Below, in pieces: positions 39,597 to 49,069 of a stretch of DNA of 64,000 bases. Location: the IMG/VR virus record IMGVR_UViG_3300008266_000002; one strand, given 5' to 3'. The stretch is from a virus. Numbering within the stretch: the first letter of the stretch is position 1; every line of letters starts with the position of its first letter. The notes beneath the pieces were generated by a model that had not been told where the DNA came from, ran no database searches, and saw nothing but the letters and a program-made list of their open reading frames with translations. The translations under genes were made by a program, and so were the position numbers.

Positions 39597-41463
39597 ATAT
39601 TTAGTCGAAAGTATTATAAAGGAGCTGCAATCGAGTGTTGTAGTTTTATTGCCTGGAGGATTTAAGCCACCACATGCAGGACATTTAGAGCTAGCCAAAA
39701 GATATGCGAGTCAAGCAAATGTTTCGGAAGTAAGAGTGCTAATTGGTCCAAAAGAGAGAGATGGAATAACTAGAGATCAAAGTGTTGCAGTGTGGAAGTT
39801 ATTACTTGGCAACACACCAAATATTGTCGTAGAAAGTGTAGCTGATGACAACCCAATGAGAGCAGCTTACAAATATATTGAAACGGCAGAACCTGGAACA
39901 TATGCATTGGGTGCTAGTTCAAAAGGAGAGGATTATGCAAGAGTAAAAGGCTTTGTTGATGGACATGCTTTAGGTACAAAATATCATAGACCTGGAGTTG
40001 AAGTAATTGAGTTATCTGTAGACACAGCTCCAATATATTATAAGGGAAGAACAGATGGTACAAACGGTAAGGGAATAAGTGCATCAACACTCAGAGCAGA
40101 CTTAGCTGCGAACGATTATACTAACTTCAAGACAAACTACCCAAACATACCTGAATCCGTAACGAAAGCAATTTTTAACATATTGACAAAAAAGACCCTC
40201 AGTGAAAGGACAATATTGACGGAAGGTGGTGCTGCTGGTCATATGACACATCCGTACGAAGATTACGATATGTCCTTCAAAGATATGGAAAGTATGATTG
40301 ATGCAGCTCTAAGTGGAAAAGTAGAATTTGCTCAAGAAAAGTTGGATGGTCAAAATTTAATGGTCACTTATAAGGATGGAAAAGTAAGAGCAGCAAGAAA
40401 CAAAGGACATCTAAAGAATGCTGGGGAAACTTCATTAACACTGAAGCAAATAGAGGATATGTATGCGGACAGAGGACCAATCCAAACAGCATTTACTGAA
40501 GCAATGAGGGATATGGAAACTGCAATTAATAGACTGACTCCACAACAAAAACAAGAATTTTTTGGTAACGGCACTAAATTTGTAAACTTTGAAATTTTAT
40601 ATCCGGCAACAGCAAATGTAGTTCCTTATGGAGCAGCTCAACTAAGACTACATAATATAACAGAATATGACGAAAGTGGTAATGTTGTTAATACGGATAC
40701 AAATTTAGTAAAGCAATTGGATAGTGCTATACGTCAGGTAGAAGCACAAAATCAAAAAACATATGAAATTCGTGTTACTGATCCAATAACACTGAATAAA
40801 ACCAAGGACTACGAAAAACAAAAACAAGAACTCATTAAGGCTGTTCAGGATATTAAGGCAAAATTCAATTTAAAGGACTCAGACACTTTAGCAACTTATA
40901 TTAGACGTTGGTGGGAGCGTTTCTTAAAGGCTAGTGCAAAAGCATATGGTTATGAAATTACACCACAGAATATAGAACAGCTAACTAATCGTTGGGCATT
41001 TTCTGACAAGAGTACAAACATCAAAGCCGTACGTGATGCCGTAACGAATGATGATTTTAAAAACTGGATAGTGTCATTTGATAAATCTGATTTTGCTACA
41101 CAAAAGAAAATAGCAATTAAACCATTTGAATCTGTTTTCCTTAGATTAGGAGTCAGTGTTCTTAAAAACATATCCCAATTAGTATCACTGAATCCAGATC
41201 AAAGTGTCAGACAAATAAGAAAGGATTTAGATAATGCAATTACACAAATTAAACAAGCAGCCACCACGAGAGATATGGGGGATGATGACGCATCATTAAA
41301 ATTCCTTAAACGTGAACTTGAGAAATTAAAGGATATTGGAGGATTTGATGCCATTGTACCGCTAGAAGGTGTTGTGTTTAAGTATGGGGGTAAGCTATAT
41401 AAATTAACGGGAGCATTTGCACCAATCAATCAAATCATAGGGTATTTAAAATTTGGAAGATAA
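39580..41463 (+). CDS. Fusion of HxGH nucleotidyltransferase (cytidyltransferase-like) and ATP-dependent ligase-like domain
   Basis: GGFKPPHAGH and GISASTLR in the N-domain; EKLDG, ARNKG, NFEI, EGVVFK, YKLTG ligase-type motifs in the C-domain. Confidence 0.75.
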   Translation: MNLLSKYLVESIIKELQSSVVVLLPGGFKPPHAGHLELAKRYASQANVSEVRVLIGPKERDGITRDQSVAVWKLLLGNTPNIVVESVADDNPMRAAYKYIETAEPGTYALGASSKGEDYARVKGFVDGHALGTKYHRPGVEVIELSVDTAPIYYKGRTDGTNGKGISASTLRADLAANDYTNFKTNYPNIPESVTKAIFNILTKKTLSERTILTEGGAAGHMTHPYEDYDMSFKDMESMIDAALSGKVEFAQEKLDGQNLMVTYKDGKVRAARNKGHLKNAGETSLTLKQIEDMYADRGPIQTAFTEAMRDMETAINRLTPQQKQEFFGNGTKFVNFEILYPATANVVPYGAAQLRLHNITEYDESGNVVNTDTNLVKQLDSAIRQVEAQNQKTYEIRVTDPITLNKTKDYEKQKQELIKAVQDIKAKFNLKDSDTLATYIRRWWERFLKASAKAYGYEITPQNIEQLTNRWAFSDKSTNIKAVRDAVTNDDFKNWIVSFDKSDFATQKKIAIKPFESVFLRLGVSVLKNISQLVSLNPDQSVRQIRKDLDNAITQIKQAATTRDMGDDDASLKFLKRELEKLKDIGGFDAIVPLEGVVFKYGGKLYKLTGAFAPINQIIGYLKFGR

Positions 41464-41464
41464 T

Positions 41465-41761
41465 ATGAAACTAAAAAAACTATTGGAAAAAAAAGAGGCC
41501 ATTGCCACATCACCAAGCACAAATATGACTCTTCATTACGACTCAGGATTTGATAGTGTTGGTGAAGATGGAACACCAGAATTTAACTTTACCATAAGTG
41601 TATCATCAACTGGAGGAAAAGAATTCTTTAGAGGTGTAGCTGATAGTGAAGAAAGTGCAAAAATGGCTGAGGGTGTAAGATTAGAGCTTAGAAGAGCCTT
41701 GCGTAGATTTGACAAAAATGTTCAACAAATTATCGAAAAATATCACTTACAAGCAAGATGA
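41465..41761 (+). CDS. Small protein, probable head-packaged (MKLKKLLE leader)
   Basis: ATG 41465; basic leader ending L-L-E. Confidence 0.6.
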   Translation: MKLKKLLEKKEAIATSPSTNMTLHYDSGFDSVGEDGTPEFNFTISVSSTGGKEFFRGVADSEESAKMAEGVRLELRRALRRFDKNVQQIIEKYHLQAR

Positions 41762-42264
41762 AAAATTTACATGTTACGACTGGAAAAATTACTACTAAAC
41801 GTGTTGAAGGAGATGAATGGGAAGAAGGTGGTAAGTTATGGACTATTAAGAATGGTATAAAGAGAACGGTTACAAAAATGGATCATGCACGAAAAGAGTT
41901 TTTAACTCCATTAGCATGTCCAGAATGTGGATCCCCAATGAAGCATCATTTAGATGAGAAAATGTGGGCAATACATAAAAGATGTTTCAACTGTGTTATT
42001 GATATGGAGCATGAGATTATGAAAGCAGGAAATTGGGAAGAGTATGAGAAGGGCAAAATATTAGCAAACGCAAATAGTTTTATAAAAGATTTAGAGGAAT
42101 ATGTGCAAGAATTTGTACAAGATCAAACATCCAAATCACATGTTACAGAGGATGGTTTAATTGAGAAGTGGAAGGATGCTGATCAAAGTTATTTAAAACA
42201 AATTGGTGAAACTGTAATAACTGAAGTAAAACAAAACGTTGAAAATTTTGCAAATAATGATTGA
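41758..42264 (+). CDS. Zinc-finger hypothetical protein
   Basis: CPEC...CFNC. Confidence 0.65.
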   Translation: MKNLHVTTGKITTKRVEGDEWEEGGKLWTIKNGIKRTVTKMDHARKEFLTPLACPECGSPMKHHLDEKMWAIHKRCFNCVIDMEHEIMKAGNWEEYEKGKILANANSFIKDLEEYVQEFVQDQTSKSHVTEDGLIEKWKDADQSYLKQIGETVITEVKQNVENFANND

Positions 42265-42868
42265 TACTGGAATAGTTGTAGCAATAATTACGAGCATTCT
42301 TGGGCCCGTAATCGTAGTATTATTGAATACAAGATTAAACAAGAAAAAGAAAGGTGGTGATATGGTTGCAGACGCATTAGCAGTCAGCGATAAGATTATG
42401 CACAAACTAGATTACATTAAGGATGAGTTTAAAGCTGATCGAGTTTGGTTAGCTCAATTCCATAACGGTGGTCATTTTTATCCTACTGGAAAATCAATTG
42501 CTAAGTTTAGTATGGTGTATGAGATCGTTGAATCAACAACCAAATCAATCCAAAGCAATTTTCAAAACATCCCAGTGAGTTTATTTAGTAAGCCAATTAA
42601 TCATCTACTAGAAAAAGAAGTTATTGAGATACCTGATTATAGAGATGAAACGGTTGCAACTTATGGATTAAAATATATTGCTGAAGATGCCGGATCAAAG
42701 TCAACATACATGTTTGCAATTAAAACAATCGACAATAAGTTTATTGGTGTATTAGCCATAGACTTTACAAGAAAGAGAGTGCAATTAGATCACGATCAAA
42801 TTAACATTATCCATAATCATGCCACTGCAATAGGTGGTGTACTGAATACCCACTTACACAAAAACTAA
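42257..42868 (+). CDS. Putative holin, T4 gpT-like (one TM helix + GAF-like domain)
   Basis: N-terminal TM; RVWLAQFHNGG, FIGVLAIDF GAF-like strands; start moved to ATG 42257. Confidence 0.6.
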   Translation: MIDTGIVVAIITSILGPVIVVLLNTRLNKKKKGGDMVADALAVSDKIMHKLDYIKDEFKADRVWLAQFHNGGHFYPTGKSIAKFSMVYEIVESTTKSIQSNFQNIPVSLFSKPINHLLEKEVIEIPDYRDETVATYGLKYIAEDAGSKSTYMFAIKTIDNKFIGVLAIDFTRKRVQLDHDQINIIHNHATAIGGVLNTHLHKN

Positions 42869-42869
42869 T

Positions 42870-43352
42870 ATGAACGAAGAATCAAAAGGCCTTTGGCATA
42901 ATATTAGAGCAAAAAGAGCAAGAGGTGAGAAGCCAGCTCGTAAGGGATCTGAAGCTTATAAAAAGGCAGTGACAGCTGCAAAAAAGATTAATGAGGCTAA
43001 TGAAGAGGTGACTCTGTGTGAGGTATGTGCATTAGCCTTATTAGAAGATATCGTAGCTGGCAAGTATATGCTCTCAGAAGCTGAGTACAAAGGTCGTGAA
43101 GTTAAGTTGGGTAAGCCAATGAAGGGTGACGTAAAAAAGTATAAAGTTTATGTCAAGAATGATGCTGGTAATGTAGTAAAGGTGAATTTTGGCGATAAAG
43201 GACTTTCTATTAAGAGAGATGATCCAGAACGTAGAAGATCGTTCAGAGCACGTCACAAATGTTCACAGAAGAAAGATAGAACCTCTGCAGGATATTGGAG
43301 TTGTAGAATGTGGTCTAGTAAGCCGGTTAGTCAAATATTAAAAGGAAAGTAA
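42870..43352 (+). CDS. Conserved basic phage protein
   Basis: VKVNFGDK...PERRRSFRARHKC...AGYWSC motif; several x-x-E sites (INE, LLE, LSE). Confidence 0.65.
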   Translation: MNEESKGLWHNIRAKRARGEKPARKGSEAYKKAVTAAKKINEANEEVTLCEVCALALLEDIVAGKYMLSEAEYKGREVKLGKPMKGDVKKYKVYVKNDAGNVVKVNFGDKGLSIKRDDPERRRSFRARHKCSQKKDRTSAGYWSCRMWSSKPVSQILKGK

Positions 43353-43353
43353 T

Positions 43354-43557
43354 ATGCCATACACTCATAAAAAGGTAGGGGATAAATATTGTGTTTATAA
43401 AAAGGACACAGGAAAAAAAGTTGGATGTACTGATGGAAACAAAGAGGCCTTGCGAAAGTATTTAGCTGCTCTACATATTCAAGCAAATGAAAATTTACAA
43501 CCAACCTTGCGTGAAATACTTCGTCAAGAAATCCGCAAAATAATAAAATCCTTATGA
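43354..43557 (+). CDS. Small protein with C-terminal LREILRQEIRKII motif
   Basis: Same helix motif as the N-termini of other small proteins. Confidence 0.6.
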   Translation: MPYTHKKVGDKYCVYKKDTGKKVGCTDGNKEALRKYLAALHIQANENLQPTLREILRQEIRKIIKSL

Positions 43558-43967
43558 TAAAATTAGTTGATATATTATTGGAAGCTGAGAAAGGAAAATG
43601 CCCACCAGCTACACAAGATATTAGTTTAAATCTTAAAAATAGACAGAAGGCTATTGAGGAATATGGTTATGGTCCATTGAATCCTAACGAACCAAATGAA
43701 AAATTTTGGAATAAGAAAGTTGAAATGTGGCAGTTGGATTCGGTTGAGGAAGCTAAGGAGGCTTTATGTGGAAACTGTGCTGCATTTGATATTACTAAAA
43801 AAACATTAAATTGTATTGCAATGGGGATTGGTGATGACGAAGGTAGTGAAGATCCATTCGATGTAATAGAGGCTGGTCAATTGGGTTATTGTAGATTCTT
43901 AAAGTTTAAGTGCGCAGCTAAGAGAACTTGTGATGCTTGGGTAGTTGGAGGACCAATTAAAGATTAA
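43554..43967 (+). CDS. Cys-rich (metal-binding) small protein
   Basis: MIKLVDILLE leader; CGNC...C...GYC...FKC...RTC. Confidence 0.65.
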   Translation: MIKLVDILLEAEKGKCPPATQDISLNLKNRQKAIEEYGYGPLNPNEPNEKFWNKKVEMWQLDSVEEAKEALCGNCAAFDITKKTLNCIAMGIGDDEGSEDPFDVIEAGQLGYCRFLKFKCAAKRTCDAWVVGGPIKD

Positions 43968-43973
43968 TGTGTA

Positions 43974-43981
43974 TATTTATA
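43974..43981 (+). promoter_or_regulatory. Putative late promoter TATTTATA
   Basis: Intergenic, 13 nt before ATG 43995. Confidence 0.7.
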
Positions 43982-43994
43982 TAAAATAACAAAA

Positions 43995-44411
43995 ATGAAA
44001 CTTATAAACCTCATACCACTAAAAGAGCTTGCAGTTGAAGATGTATCGGCAACAGAGCCAGAAATGATCGCAACTCCATACTTTCGTGAATTCCAGACCG
44101 TTCATGGATATAGACCAGTGTTTAAATATATTGGTAATAAAGGTGACCAAATGATCTTTGTTGCTGACGTAAATGATTTCGGCATGTTGGATATGATTAT
44201 TACAGATGCAAAATTATTTGCCAAAGTAACAGAAAAAGAAGCTACTTTTGGTATAGTTTACACTTTATCGGGTCTTGAGCAGTTTGATGCCACGGTATGT
44301 AAGATGAAACAAAAAAACGGTCAAATTGAGCGTTTAATGTTTGACAATAAAGATAAGAAAAATTTTGATGCTAAAACAACTAATTTCGTTGACTTATTAG
44401 ATAAACAATAA
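43995..44411 (+). CDS. Hypothetical protein (MKLINLIPLKE leader)
   Basis: Leader ending L-K-E; late motif upstream. Confidence 0.6.
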   Translation: MKLINLIPLKELAVEDVSATEPEMIATPYFREFQTVHGYRPVFKYIGNKGDQMIFVADVNDFGMLDMIITDAKLFAKVTEKEATFGIVYTLSGLEQFDATVCKMKQKNGQIERLMFDNKDKKNFDAKTTNFVDLLDKQ

Positions 44412-44728
44412 TGAAAAAGAACACTGCAAAAAAATCCTTAATGGAAAATAGTTTACGTCAATTGATTAGAAAAGAAATATATAGATTGATGGAAGCTGAA
44501 GAAACTGAAGAGGTGCCTCAAGAAGAGCCTCAACCAGAAGAAGAGGGAATGAGTGCTGATTTTGAGGAAGCACTTAACTATTTTATCAGAAAGCTGAGAA
44601 GTAGTACTGATAATGTGGGTGATGATGATCTAGTAGAAATGCTTAGTACCATTATAGACACTTTTACATCATCAAACGAGTCAAAATTAAATATACTTAA
44701 GCAGGTAAGAAACAACACTGTACGATAA
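44411..44728 (+). CDS. Acidic hypothetical protein (LRQLIRKEIYRLME motif)
   Basis: Shared helix motif followed by a Glu-rich linker. Confidence 0.6.
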   Translation: MKKNTAKKSLMENSLRQLIRKEIYRLMEAEETEEVPQEEPQPEEEGMSADFEEALNYFIRKLRSSTDNVGDDDLVEMLSTIIDTFTSSNESKLNILKQVRNNTVR

Positions 44729-44907
44729 TGAAAACATCACATATCATTAAACGACTAAAAGAAGATACAGAGTATCAGGAGTTTTTTAAAAAAGCAATGA
44801 AAAAATTTGATATTTCGTCACCAGCTGAATTAAGTGGTGAAAAGAAAAAGGATTTTTTTAACTACGTAGATACAAACTACAAAGCTAAAACTGAAACACG
44901 ATTCTAA
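44728..44907 (+). CDS. 59-aa protein missing from the ORF track
   Basis: MKTSHIIKRLKEDTEYQEFFKKAMKKFDISSPAELSGEKKKDFFNYVDTNYKAKTETRF; TAATG overlaps at both ends; L-K-E leader. Confidence 0.8.
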   Translation: MKTSHIIKRLKEDTEYQEFFKKAMKKFDISSPAELSGEKKKDFFNYVDTNYKAKTETRF

Positions 44908-45260
44908 TGAAATTGGAACGAGTTATAATTGTTATACTTGCATCAATCATAGTTGGTTTGTCTGTGTATGTAATATTTTTTGATAAAGGTAAAAATGATT
45001 ACGTAGACAAATATAAAGACGATAAGGATAAAATTGACAGCCTTACTGCAAAGATAAGTGATTTACGTAAAGTGCAATTAAAGCAAGATTCCTTGATAAA
45101 TACTTACGAAAGTCGTATAGTCTATTATAAATCAGAAATAAACAAAGTTGATAAAAAGATTGCAACAATACGCAAAGAGTATGAAGATAGGATTAAAGAC
45201 GCTTATAATTACACTCCTTCTCAACTCGACAGCTTTTTCGCAAACCGTTACACAAGATAG
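44907..45260 (+). CDS. Putative inner-membrane spanin-like protein
   Basis: N-terminal TM helix plus coiled coil; overlapped at its 3' end by a second exported protein. Confidence 0.5.
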   Translation: MKLERVIIVILASIIVGLSVYVIFFDKGKNDYVDKYKDDKDKIDSLTAKISDLRKVQLKQDSLINTYESRIVYYKSEINKVDKKIATIRKEYEDRIKDAYNYTPSQLDSFFANRYTR

Positions 45261-45597
45261 TTGCGAAACACGCTTGCCGTGTGATATCTCAAGAAGAGTT
45301 GTAGTAGACCTTCTTGAAGGAGATTTAGCAAAAAAGGAATTGGAGCTCTTCCAAGAAAAGCTGCGTCTAACAGACCAAATAGTAAGCTCTCAAAACGACA
45401 TCATTACTTCCCACAGAATCAAAGTTCAGGCCTATAATGAGCAAATACGTATGTATGAGCAAAAAGAGGCATTATACAATAGTATTGTTCTTGGATTAGA
45501 AAAAGATAAAAAAACTTTAAAGAGAACAGTCAAGTTTTTAGGAATTTCGGTTGGTGTTGTTACGATCACAACCATAGTTGGATTCTTATTACGCTAA
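45181..45597 (+). CDS. Exported coiled-coil protein with C-terminal hydrophobic segment (spanin partner candidate)
   Basis: Signal peptide MKIGLKTLIITLLLNSTAFS|Q; coiled coil; FLGISVGVVTITTIVGFLL; start moved to ATG 45181. Confidence 0.5.
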   Translation: MKIGLKTLIITLLLNSTAFSQTVTQDSCETRLPCDISRRVVVDLLEGDLAKKELELFQEKLRLTDQIVSSQNDIITSHRIKVQAYNEQIRMYEQKEALYNSIVLGLEKDKKTLKRTVKFLGISVGVVTITTIVGFLLR

Positions 45598-45607
45598 AAG
45601 GTTACAT

Positions 45608-47179
45608 ATGCAAGAGAAAAGCTTAAAAGACATTATTCGTGAGGAATATGTAAAATGTGCTAAATCAGCATCATACTTTATGAAAAAATATTGTATGATT
45701 CAGCACCCAACGAAAGGAAAAATCCCTTTCCACTTATACCCATATCAAGAAGATACTTTGTTTGAGTTTCAAGAAAACGACAGGGTAATTATTTTAAAAT
45801 CTAGACAGTTAGGTATCTCAACTTTGATAGCAGGATATGCATTGTGGATGATACTTTTCCAAAATGATAAAAACTGCTTAGTTGTAGCGATTGATCAAAA
45901 CACGTCTAAAAACCTTGTGACAAAGGTTAAGGTAATGTTTGAACACTTACCGAGTTGGCTAAAGATAAAAGCTGTGGAGAGCAATAAACTCTCCATTCGT
46001 CTGTCAAATGGATCACAAATTAAAGCTGTATCAAGTACTGGAACATCAGGACGTTCGGAAGCATTATCACTAGTCATTATAGACGAGGCTGCATTCGTAG
46101 ATGGAGCTGAAGAATTATGGGCATCACTACAACAAACGTTGTCTACTGGGGGTCAAGGTATATTATTATCAACACCAAATGGTACTGGTAACTTTTTTCA
46201 TAAAATGTGGACAAAGGCAGAAGGAGGTGAAAACAAGTTTAAAACTTTAAGACTTCCATGGCAAGTACATCCAGAACGTAATCAAGAATGGAGAGATAGG
46301 CAAGATGCCGAATTGGGGCTTAGATTAGCAGCACAAGAGTGTGACTGTGATTTTAGTACTTCTGGTAATACAGTTGTTTCTCCAGAATTAGTAGCATATT
46401 ATAGTCAAACATTCGTACAAGAGCCTTTAGAAAAAAGAGGGTTTGATAATAATTTGTGGATTTGGGAAGTTCCCGACTACACTAAGAACTATATACTAAC
46501 AGCGGACGTTGCAAGAGGTGATGGAAGCGATTATTCGGCATTTCATGTAATGGAAGTTGAGTCGTGTAGACAAGTGGCCGAATATAAAGGTCAGCTAACG
46601 ACAAAGGATTTTGGTAATTTGCTTGTGGCAGTAGCAACAGAATATAACGATGCACTACTTGTACCAGAGAATGCTAATGTGGGTTGGGCAACAATACAAC
46701 AGATAATCGATAGGGGTTATTCAAACCTATATTACACGTACAAGAATGATGTACTTGACTCCGATAAGTTTTTAACAAAGGGATATGATCTCACAAGCAA
46801 AACCGATATGGTTGCAGGATTTACAATGAGCCATAAAACTAGACCGTTAGTTATATCTAAGATGGAGTTGTATATACGTGAAAAAAGCTGTACTATTAGG
46901 AGTAAGCGATTACTAGACGAACTTTTTGTATTCATTTGGAAAAACGGTAGGGCAGAAGCAGCACAAGGGTATAATGACGACTTGGTAATGAGTTTTGCTC
47001 AAGGTTTGTGGGTTAGAGATACGGCTTTAAAACTTCGACAGGCAGGAATTGAAATCAACAGAGCTGCCTTATCAGGAATTAAATCGTCAGCAACAATCTA
47101 TAAACCAAGAATGGATAATAATCCATGGCAGATGCAAGATCAAAAGGGTAATAGTGAGGACCTTAACTGGCTTATATAA
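45608..47179 (+). CDS. terL: Terminase large subunit (T4 gp17-like)
   Basis: LYPYQ, KSRQLGIST Walker A, VIIDEAAF Walker B, STPNG, ADVARG.G.DYS nuclease, NDDLVM; start moved to ATG 45608. Confidence 0.95.
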   Translation: MQEKSLKDIIREEYVKCAKSASYFMKKYCMIQHPTKGKIPFHLYPYQEDTLFEFQENDRVIILKSRQLGISTLIAGYALWMILFQNDKNCLVVAIDQNTSKNLVTKVKVMFEHLPSWLKIKAVESNKLSIRLSNGSQIKAVSSTGTSGRSEALSLVIIDEAAFVDGAEELWASLQQTLSTGGQGILLSTPNGTGNFFHKMWTKAEGGENKFKTLRLPWQVHPERNQEWRDRQDAELGLRLAAQECDCDFSTSGNTVVSPELVAYYSQTFVQEPLEKRGFDNNLWIWEVPDYTKNYILTADVARGDGSDYSAFHVMEVESCRQVAEYKGQLTTKDFGNLLVAVATEYNDALLVPENANVGWATIQQIIDRGYSNLYYTYKNDVLDSDKFLTKGYDLTSKTDMVAGFTMSHKTRPLVISKMELYIREKSCTIRSKRLLDELFVFIWKNGRAEAAQGYNDDLVMSFAQGLWVRDTALKLRQAGIEINRAALSGIKSSATIYKPRMDNNPWQMQDQKGNSEDLNWLI

Positions 47180-47190
47180 ACTTTCAAGAC

Positions 47191-47202
47191 TATTTATAAA
47201 TA
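47191..47202. promoter_or_regulatory. Palindromic late motif TATTTATAAATA
   Basis: Perfect 12-bp palindrome with TATTTATA on both strands, between terminase and portal. Confidence 0.65.
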
Positions 47203-47209
47203 AACACTA

Positions 47210-49057
47210 ATGGCCGAAAATAAGACACTTTTTAGCAGATTGAGAAAACTATTCAGTACGGATGTTATTATTCGTAATGTGGGTGGTAATCAACTAAAGG
47301 TCATAGACACAGCAAGAATCCAATCAGACGGCAACATCGTCACAAATAGAAGAATAGATAGATTCTCAAGATTATTTTCTTCTATTCCAGGCTACTCATA
47401 CCATGCAGGTCAATTACAACTATACACTCGTTTGGAGTTGTTTAGAGATTATGAGGCAATGGATACAGATAGTATCATCTCCTCAGCATTAGATATATAT
47501 GCTGACGAATGTACTGCAAAGAATGAGTTTGGCGATATGCTAACAATCAACTCTGGAAATGCAAAAGTACAGCAGGTGTTACATAACTTATTTTACGATA
47601 TAATGAATATCGAATTTAACTTATGGCCTTGGATTAGAAACACAATTAAGTATGGAGATTTTTTCTTACATCTTGACATTGCAGAAGGATTTGGGATCAT
47701 TAACGTAGATCCAATCTCACCATATGAGATGATTCGTGAAGAAAACTTCGATCCAGAAAATCCACATCGAGTTAGGTTTAGAAGAGATTATTCAGCCTTG
47801 TCTTCACTTACACACGTAGCCGCAAGTACCGAAAAGGCACCAACATACGATAATTATGAGATTGCACATTTCCGCTTATTGACGGATACAAACTTCTTGC
47901 CTTATGGACGTTCTATTATAGAACCAACTAGAAAGGTTTGGAAACAAATAACTCTCATGGAAGATGCGATGTTAATACATCGTATTATGCGTGCTCCAGA
48001 TAAACGCGTTTTCAAAATTGATATTGGAAACATACCACCAAGTGAAGTGGATGCGTTTATGGAGGGTATGATTAATAAAATGAAAAAGGTACCTTATGTT
48101 GATCCTGAGACTGGTCAATATAATCTCAAATACAACATGCAAAACCTACTCGAAGATTTTTATCTTCCGGTGCGTGGCGGAGAAAGTGGCACTACAATCG
48201 AGCCACTAGCAGGGATCCAGTTTGACAGTATTCAGGATATTGAGTATCTTAGAAATAGACTTTTAGGATCTTTAAAAATTCCAAAAGCGTATTTAGGGTA
48301 TGAAGAAGATACTACTGGTAAAGCTACATTAGCCTCTCAAGATTTTCGTTTTGCAAGAACAATCGAACGTGTACAAAAAATTATAACTTCGGAATTATAT
48401 AAAGTAGCCATTGTACACCTTTACTCTCAAGGGTTTACGGACGAAGATTTAGTGGATTTTAATTTAAGTTTAACAGCTCCATCTTCAGTATATGAAAAGG
48501 AAAAAGTAGAATTATGGACAAGTAAAGTATCGCTTGCTGGAGAGATGGTTGATAAAAAATTATTTAGTCGTGCTTGGGTGTATGAAAACTTGTTTGGTAT
48601 GGCAGAGAACGACTATTTATATGAGCAGAATAGAATCATTCAAGATACCAAAGAGCAATTCCGTATTGAACAAATAAAAAATGAAGGAAATGATCCAGTC
48701 AAAACAGGACAGTCTTTTGGTACTCCACATGATTTAGCACAGTTATACAAGGGTGATAAAGGTGTTCCAAAAGGGTATGATGAAAGAACTTCGGAAATGC
48801 CTCCAGGAGGTTGGCCAGGAGCAGGACGTCCTGAAGAGCCAGGAACACATGGAACGCACGAACATCCACTTGGTTGGGATCCATTAGGAAATAAAGCTAT
48901 ACGTAAGGTTTATGAAGGTTCTAAGAAAAAAGTGTTATCGGAAAATTTGGTAAAGGAGATTGATAGAAAAAGAGCAGCAATTAAGGAAACTTTTACATCT
49001 GCAGATAGTGAGGATTTTAATTTATTAGACGAGCGTAACATTTTGCAAGAGGAATAA
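47210..49057 (+). CDS. gp20: Portal protein (T4 gp20-like)
   Basis: MEDAMLIHRIMRAPDKRVFKIDIGN, LEDFYLPVRGG, DIEYL...LKIPK. Confidence 0.95.
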   Translation: MAENKTLFSRLRKLFSTDVIIRNVGGNQLKVIDTARIQSDGNIVTNRRIDRFSRLFSSIPGYSYHAGQLQLYTRLELFRDYEAMDTDSIISSALDIYADECTAKNEFGDMLTINSGNAKVQQVLHNLFYDIMNIEFNLWPWIRNTIKYGDFFLHLDIAEGFGIINVDPISPYEMIREENFDPENPHRVRFRRDYSALSSLTHVAASTEKAPTYDNYEIAHFRLLTDTNFLPYGRSIIEPTRKVWKQITLMEDAMLIHRIMRAPDKRVFKIDIGNIPPSEVDAFMEGMINKMKKVPYVDPETGQYNLKYNMQNLLEDFYLPVRGGESGTTIEPLAGIQFDSIQDIEYLRNRLLGSLKIPKAYLGYEEDTTGKATLASQDFRFARTIERVQKIITSELYKVAIVHLYSQGFTDEDLVDFNLSLTAPSSVYEKEKVELWTSKVSLAGEMVDKKLFSRAWVYENLFGMAENDYLYEQNRIIQDTKEQFRIEQIKNEGNDPVKTGQSFGTPHDLAQLYKGDKGVPKGYDERTSEMPPGGWPGAGRPEEPGTHGTHEHPLGWDPLGNKAIRKVYEGSKKKVLSENLVKEIDRKRAAIKETFTSADSEDFNLLDERNILQEE

Positions 49058-49069
49058 CTTAAACCGACA

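Noticed and set aside
1224-45607. Upstream starts given by the ORF track (1224, 30931, 31354, 37541, 41453, 42239, 45148, 45578)
   Set aside because: Non-ATG starts mostly overlapping the previous gene; downstream ATGs fit gene packing, signal peptides or promoter position better.
45608-45660. LKDIIREEY at the terminase N-terminus as a capsid-targeting motif
   Set aside because: Resembles the type-2 helix, but this region is the usual terminase N-terminal helix before KC...YF; not counted as cargo.
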